From Gemmatimonadota bacterium (GTDB lineage Bacteria > Gemmatimonadota > Gemmatimonadetes > Gemmatimonadales > GWC2-71-9): a DNA stretch of 64,000 nt. The first letter of the stretch is position 1. Each line of letters begins with the position of its first letter. The stretch spans positions 1 through 64,000 of the forward strand of contig JAZDCZ010000251.1 in NCBI GenBank assembly GCA_036679605.1. Direction: 5' to 3'. Below the pieces are notes generated by a model, which was not told the DNA's origin, ran no database searches, and saw nothing but the letters and a program-made list of their open reading frames with translations. A program made the translations under genes and the position numbers. Shown one piece after another: positions 58,922-64,000 of this stretch.

Positions 58922-59398
58922 ATGGCTATAGAAGCAGGAAACTGCGAGCTGTGCGGCCATGGGCTCGAGATCCTGACACGGCCCATCAAGCGGTTGCGCT
59001 GGACCCGCCACTTGTGGCAAGGCGTCGCCAGTTTGTTTCGTGGACCGCTTAGGATATGCAACAGTTGCGGCGCAATGTATTCCGAACGGGGCGAGCTGCT
59101 AGCCGCGGGTGCGGTTCAGACGGAGTTCGAGCAGACGCTCGATAAATACCGCAAGGACATGTCGTACGTGCGAGACAGCTTTGGAGGGGTGGTGGTCGCC
59201 TCTGAGATGGCGGTGATTTGGCTCATTGCCGGCGCCCCAGCAAATGTTGGCGGTGCGGTCCTAGCGGCAGCGATTGGAGTTGTGGCTCTTGCGCCGTTCG
59301 GTTTTTTTTGGCGCAAGGTACAGCTCGCAAAGCAAGACCTTAGACAGTTGAAGAAGACCAGAACCCGCGGACAACCCAACACGGGCACGCCCGGTTGA
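58922..59398 (+). CDS. Hypothetical Zn-ribbon plus 2-TM protein
   Basis: CELC...CNSC and two C-terminal hydrophobic helices. Confidence 0.65.
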   Translation: MAIEAGNCELCGHGLEILTRPIKRLRWTRHLWQGVASLFRGPLRICNSCGAMYSERGELLAAGAVQTEFEQTLDKYRKDMSYVRDSFGGVVVASEMAVIWLIAGAPANVGGAVLAAAIGVVALAPFGFFWRKVQLAKQDLRQLKKTRTRGQPNTGTPG

Positions 59399-59455
59399 CT
59401 CCCTGGCGTGACCGTACTATCTCTCGCCCTAATCCATATTGCTAAAGGAATCGTA

Positions 59456-60805
59456 ATGCTACGACTAACCAGCCCGTCGTGTTGCGTAGCGCTGCTGCTC
59501 GCAACGGCGCTCCAAGCTCAAACCGACTTCGAGTTCGATGATTACTCGCTCGATAACGGGCTTAGAGTCTTGTTGGTAGAGAACCACGCGGCAGCGGTGG
59601 TCACGGTGAACATCTGGTACAACGTCGGGAGCCGCAACGAAGAACCCGGGCGTTCCGGATTCGCCCACCTGTTCGAGCACATGATGTTTCAAGGCTCGGC
59701 GAACATCGGCAAGGCCGAGCATGCACAGTTAGTCGAGCGCGCAGGCGGCACCATGAATGGCACGACTAGCCCCGATCGTACCAATTATTACGAGGTGCTG
59801 CCGTCCAACCGTCTGAACCTCGGTCTATGGTTGGAAGCCGATAGGATGCGGTCGCTAGCAATAACGAAAGAAAACTTTGACAACCAGCGTGACGTGGTGA
59901 AGGAGGAGCGACGGCTGAGCTACGAAAACCAGCCTTACGCACTGTCGTTTCTCGAGGCCAGTGCCCAGGTATACGACTCAGCCGGTTGTTTCGGTTACGG
60001 CCATACCAATATCGGCTCGATGGAGGATCTCGACAGCGCCAAGGTCGAGGACGTCCAGGCTTTCTTCGACATGTACTACGTACCCAATAACGCAACCCTA
60101 GTCGTCGCGGGCGACTTCGACCCGGGTGAAGCCAAGCGTCTGATCCGGCGATACTTCGGGGATATTCCCCGGGGGCCGAGTCATGCTCCGTTCGAGTGTG
60201 CTTACGAATTTGGCAAGGGCGCACGTTCTCGTACTTGGGTAGACGAACATGCCAACCTGCCGGCAGTGGTCATCGCATACCGCATCCCACCTCACGCGAC
60301 CGATGACACGCGAGCGCTCCGACTACTCAGCACCATTCTTGGTGGCGGAGAGAGTTCGCGCCTCAACAAGACCATGGTTCGCGAGGAGAAGTCCGCTGTC
60401 CAGGCACTCTCACAAGTCAATTCGCGGCGCGGACCTGGAATGTTCCTGACGATTGCCATAGCCAACCAGGGGGTCGACGGCAAGACCTTGTCAAATCAGT
60501 TGGCCACACAAATCAAGCGCATATCAGATGATGGTGTTACCGACGCCGAGATTGAAAAGGCCAAAAATGATTTTCGGTCGGGGTACATCTTTGGTATTCA
60601 GACCGGCATGGAGCGCGCGGAGCGACTACAGCACTATATCCATTTCCACAACGATTTGAGCGAAGTTGGAACTGACCTTGACGAATACTCGCAGGTCACT
60701 GCTGCGGACGTTCAACGTGTGGCAGCAAAGTACCTGGTGCCGGAAAACAGTTTCGCTATCACTATCGTACCCAAGGCGGCCGCCGACAAAGGGATCGTTC
60801 CATGA
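59456..60805 (+). CDS. M16 (pitrilysin) peptidase, catalytic subunit
   Basis: Signal peptide, VGSRNE..GRSGFAHLFEHMMF (HxxEH), VKEERR. Confidence 0.95.
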   Translation: MLRLTSPSCCVALLLATALQAQTDFEFDDYSLDNGLRVLLVENHAAAVVTVNIWYNVGSRNEEPGRSGFAHLFEHMMFQGSANIGKAEHAQLVERAGGTMNGTTSPDRTNYYEVLPSNRLNLGLWLEADRMRSLAITKENFDNQRDVVKEERRLSYENQPYALSFLEASAQVYDSAGCFGYGHTNIGSMEDLDSAKVEDVQAFFDMYYVPNNATLVVAGDFDPGEAKRLIRRYFGDIPRGPSHAPFECAYEFGKGARSRTWVDEHANLPAVVIAYRIPPHATDDTRALRLLSTILGGGESSRLNKTMVREEKSAVQALSQVNSRRGPGMFLTIAIANQGVDGKTLSNQLATQIKRISDDGVTDAEIEKAKNDFRSGYIFGIQTGMERAERLQHYIHFHNDLSEVGTDLDEYSQVTAADVQRVAAKYLVPENSFAITIVPKAAADKGIVP

Positions 60806-62904
60806 AACATTACATTAGCTTGACAACCGGACTGCTCTTAGCGGTAGTTGTGTCGTCGCTGACCGCACAATACCCCACTGCACCGCCCAGTCCGGCGGCG
60901 CTTCGCCCTCTAGAGTTTCCGGCGGTGAGCGAGGCCACGCTCGACAACGGCATGCGTATCGTTGTAGTCGAGAATCACGACCTTCCGATAGTCAGCGTAT
61001 CGCTCAACATGGCTGCGGGCACACGCTACGATCCGGACGGTCTCACCGGACTTGCGATCACAGCAGCAGAACTAATCACCAAGGGCACCGAGTCACGTTC
61101 CGCCGATCAGATCGCGGAACAGATTGAGAGCGCGGGTGGGAGTCTAACCGCGAATCCAGGAAACGACTTCTTCGTGCTCTCGTCAACAGTGCTGACCGAT
61201 AAGGTCGAGCTTGTTTTCGAACTGATGGGCGACGTCCTGTTGCATTCGACGTTTCCCGAATCAGAACTCGAATTATTCAGGACCCGTATGCTGTCCACGA
61301 TTAGCGCCAACAAAACTGTGCCGAGCGCACTCGTGTCCCAGTACTTCGCCCGTGAGATGTACGGCGACCATCCATATGGACGAGCAGCGCATGAAGCGTC
61401 GATATCAGCCATAACAAGAGAGGACGTGGTCGCGTTCGCACGGGAACGCCTGGTCCCTGGCGGTGCGCTCCTGGTGGTGGCCGGCGACATCTCGGCAAAT
61501 GAAGTACGCTCGCTAGCGCGACGCGCGCTCGGCGAGTGGAGCGGTGAGGAACAGACCATAGACGTTCCCGCACCACCGGAGCGACGCGCCACCGAGATCC
61601 TGCTCGTGCATCGTCCCGGGTCGACGCAATCCACCATCTGGATCGGGAACCTCGCACTCCGGCCCAGCGACGACCTCTACTACGCAGCCCGAATAACCAA
61701 TCAAGTTCTGGGTGGTGGCTTCGAGGGCCGGCTGCTCAAGATTCTACGAGAGGAAAAAGGTTGGACCTACTCGTCCGGGTCCGGGTTGGTGCGGCGAAAG
61801 GACATCGGCTATTTCCGGGCCGGCGCTGAGGTCCGCACCGAGGTTACGGACAGCTCGGTTGTCGAACTGCTGCATCAACTACGACTCATTCGGCAAGACG
61901 ACCTCACCGAAGACGAGCTGGCCTCTGCAAAGGGTTTCATGGTCGGCTCATTCCCGCTTGCGATAGAAACGCCGCAGCAGATCGCGGGCGCCGTCGCTAA
62001 CACGAAGCTACTGGGATTGGGAGACGAGTATCTCGCGGCCTACCGTGACCGTCTATCCAGTGTGACCGCGTCCGACGCGAAGAACGCAGCAAGGGCGATC
62101 ATTCATCCTGATTCTGCCGTTGTAGTTGTCGTCGGTGACGGACAAGCGATCTACGAGAAGCTGGCAGCTATTGCTCCGGTCAACATCATCGACACAGACG
62201 GCAATCCCGTTTCGCCTGAAGATCTAGCGCCCAAAGCGATTGCCGTAGAGTTCGACGCATCTCAGCTCGAGGTTCGCACGGACTCGTTCCAGATAACCGT
62301 GCAGGGCAACCCGATGGGGCAGCTCGTCACAGAACTCAGCAAGTCGGGCGACACGCTGGTTTACGTTGAGAGCATGTCGCTTGCGGCGGTCGGCATCAGC
62401 CAGGCGACCACGCTGCGGTTCGATGCGGCCACACTTGCCACGCTGACCGTCGAACAGAACGGACAGCTCGGCGGCCAAGCATCCGAGATCCAGCTCACCT
62501 ACTCTGGCGACCGGGTTGCCGGTCACGCGCAGAGCCCTCAACCCGGCGGTGCACCCAAGGTCATCAATATCGACACGACCGTCGTAGCAGGAACGATCGA
62601 CCTGAACGCAGTGCAATTCTTACTTCCCACCTTACCCTTGGCCGAGGGCGCATCCTGGACGCTCAACGCATTCGACGCGTCGACCGGCACAATGAGACAG
62701 GTGAAACTCAAGGTGGCCGGTATGGAGGACGTCACCGTTCCGGCAGGAACATTCTCCACCTTCCGCATCGACGGTGACACCGGTGGCCAGTCGTTCGTGT
62801 TCTATGTGAGCACAGATGCTCCGCGCCGATTGGTCAAAGTACAACTCGTGGGGCAACCGCTGGGGTTTGAGTTGGTGAGTGGTGGAGCGGCACCGCTGCC
62901 CTAA
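60802..62904 (+). CDS. M16 peptidase non-catalytic subunit with extra C-terminal domain
   Basis: TLDNGM, no HxxEH, LREEKGWTY. C-terminal LPLAEG...VTVPAGTF (DUF3108-like). Confidence 0.88.
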   Translation: MKHYISLTTGLLLAVVVSSLTAQYPTAPPSPAALRPLEFPAVSEATLDNGMRIVVVENHDLPIVSVSLNMAAGTRYDPDGLTGLAITAAELITKGTESRSADQIAEQIESAGGSLTANPGNDFFVLSSTVLTDKVELVFELMGDVLLHSTFPESELELFRTRMLSTISANKTVPSALVSQYFAREMYGDHPYGRAAHEASISAITREDVVAFARERLVPGGALLVVAGDISANEVRSLARRALGEWSGEEQTIDVPAPPERRATEILLVHRPGSTQSTIWIGNLALRPSDDLYYAARITNQVLGGGFEGRLLKILREEKGWTYSSGSGLVRRKDIGYFRAGAEVRTEVTDSSVVELLHQLRLIRQDDLTEDELASAKGFMVGSFPLAIETPQQIAGAVANTKLLGLGDEYLAAYRDRLSSVTASDAKNAARAIIHPDSAVVVVVGDGQAIYEKLAAIAPVNIIDTDGNPVSPEDLAPKAIAVEFDASQLEVRTDSFQITVQGNPMGQLVTELSKSGDTLVYVESMSLAAVGISQATTLRFDAATLATLTVEQNGQLGGQASEIQLTYSGDRVAGHAQSPQPGGAPKVINIDTTVVAGTIDLNAVQFLLPTLPLAEGASWTLNAFDASTGTMRQVKLKVAGMEDVTVPAGTFSTFRIDGDTGGQSFVFYVSTDAPRRLVKVQLVGQPLGFELVSGGAAPLP

Positions 62905-63323
62905 GTGCGAAGCGGATTCAGCACACGCACAGTCCCATACATGCGTCCGTGCCCCAAATCTTCCGAGTAGAGTGTAGTTACGTTCGCCGCCGCCGCCGCG
63001 TGAAGGATCAAGGCGTCCCAGAATGACAGCTGGAAACGACGTTCGAGGTCGAGCGCCTCCAGAATCGCTTCGCCATCGTTGACCACGACCTCCCAGGCCA
63101 GGTAGTCCTCGACCAGCCGCTGAGCCTCAGTCAGTCCGAGCGGTCGTGCGCATTTGCGCCGTACATTTACATAGAACTCTTGAAGAACCTGAGTACTAAT
63201 CACTCCCTGGCGGTCCTCCCACAACTGACTCACCAACTCCCCCGCCCGTTCGTGCTTGAGACCCGCCGCCCGATCGTGTGCATAAACCAGAATATTCGTA
63301 TCGACGAACGCTCTATCGCTCAT
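62901..63323 (-). CDS. PIN-domain (VapC-like) toxin
   Basis: FVDTNILVYA, STQVLQEFY, SFWDALI, LYSEDL, NP. Confidence 0.93.
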   Translation of the reverse strand: MSDRAFVDTNILVYAHDRAAGLKHERAGELVSQLWEDRQGVISTQVLQEFYVNVRRKCARPLGLTEAQRLVEDYLAWEVVVNDGEAILEALDLERRFQLSFWDALILHAAAAANVTTLYSEDLGHGRMYGTVRVLNPLRT

Positions 63324-63549
63324 GGAGATCCTGACGCGATGCCGGAGGGCTCCACTGGAGATCGCGCCCCTTCCGTAGCCTCGCTAGCGCACGTCGTTTC
63401 GCCACATCGTACGCCTTGTCGCGACGGATCAGTTCATCGAGTTGATCGGCCAGGAGCCGACTTACGGACGTACCTTTGCGAGCAGCAAGCACCTTAGCTT
63501 CACGTACAAGCCGCTGCTCCACCTTGAGTGTGATGTTTGTCTTCATCAT
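63313..63549 (-). CDS. RHH antitoxin (DUF6364-like)
   Basis: KTNITLKV....REAKVLAARKGTSVSRLL...RQDLHER, overlapping the PIN gene. Confidence 0.88.
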   Translation of the reverse strand: MMKTNITLKVEQRLVREAKVLAARKGTSVSRLLADQLDELIRRDKAYDVAKRRALARLRKGRDLQWSPPASRQDLHER

Positions 63550-63553
63550 CAAG

Positions 63554-63594
63554 AATAGCACAGTATCTCGTGCAGCACAATAACGCGTGCTATT
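63554..63594. promoter_or_regulatory. Tandem palindromic operator of the TA operon
   Basis: GCAC-N8-GTGC twice (63558-73, 63575-90) inside the outer repeat aatagcac...gtgctatt. Confidence 0.7.
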
Positions 63595-63747
63595 TCTCCC
63601 AACTCGTACGAGGCATCCTTCATGGACGCCAAACTACAACACTCTTGTCATCGACCCCGTACCCTTTTCACCGCGTGTCAGCTCTTTCCTACGCGACTAC
63701 CGTCCAGTTATTCCGCCCGCGCACACTTACATGCTGAGCAGACTCCA

Positions 63748-63768
63748 GGTATGATATATCGTCATACC
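63748..63768 (+). promoter_or_regulatory. Palindromic operator / -10 region
   Basis: GGTATGA-tatatcg-TCATACC containing TATGAT, just before the GGAGG RBS. Confidence 0.7.
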
Positions 63769-63780
63769 ACGGAGGCGGGC

Positions 63781-64000
63781 ATGCGCAAGGCCAAAATTGC
63801 CGTTACCCTGAAGAAAGACACTGTGAAGCGTGTCGATCAGCTTGTGCGGGAGCAAGTGTACGAAAGCCGGAGTCGGGCCGTGGAGGAGGCTGTTGAAGAG
63901 AAATTGGCCCGGTTGGACCGGCGCCGCTTGGTGCGAGAGTGCGCCAAGCTGGACCCGGATTTTGAAAAGGCAATGGCGGAAGAAGGGATTGCGGCCGAGG
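63781..64000 (+). CDS. CopG/RHH antitoxin-like protein (3'-truncated by window; not in ORF track)
   Basis: MRKAKIAVTL...VDQLV......SRSRAVEEAVEEKLARL...L.RECAKLDP.FEKAMAEEG. Confidence 0.85.
   Translation, partial: MRKAKIAVTLKKDTVKRVDQLVREQVYESRSRAVEEAVEEKLARLDRRRLVRECAKLDPDFEKAMAEEGIAAE

Overview
A 64-kb bacterial chromosomal window, probably from a Gemmatimonadota-like Gram-negative (inferred from gene content and protein style, not proven). 1-22 kb is housekeeping: a secreted amidohydrolase pair, then a minus-strand run pepA, outer-membrane protein, yicC, gmk, rpoZ, coaBC, UDG, dnaB, radA, ispD, tsaC, LMW phosphatase, aroE, comF, gap, pgk, tpiA, secG, carA and HU. 22-38 kb is accessory: kinase-less PAS/REC signalling proteins, a BlaI/M56-HEAT/HEAT operon with TACAnnTGTA operators, tRNA-Leu(CAA), a PIN toxin-antitoxin pair overlapping an older TA remnant, and an ECF sigma/anti-sigma/Spy-like triad. 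38-57 kb holds an unusual aryl-CoA catabolic cluster: a PaaR-like TetR with its operator, a half-size BoxC-like crotonase, an ALDH, a thiolase, a PaaG-like isomerase, a short BoxB-like di-iron epoxidase, then PaaH- and PaaF-like enzymes, an amidohydrolase and a DASS transporter. No BoxA, PaaABCE or PaaZ is visible. An ~8-kb repeat-delimited insert splits the cluster. It carries a secreted Cys-rich peptide, two beta-propeller lipoproteins, an S41 protease, IS scars, a frameshifted AraC-like regulator and vapBC. The window ends with a class IV aminotransferase, an M16 peptidase pair and two more TA loci. The two best candidates for undescribed systems are the hybrid Box/Paa pathway and the peptide/propeller/S41 module. 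All family calls come from recalled motifs; no searches were run. No CRISPR, rRNA or intact transposase/integrase was seen.
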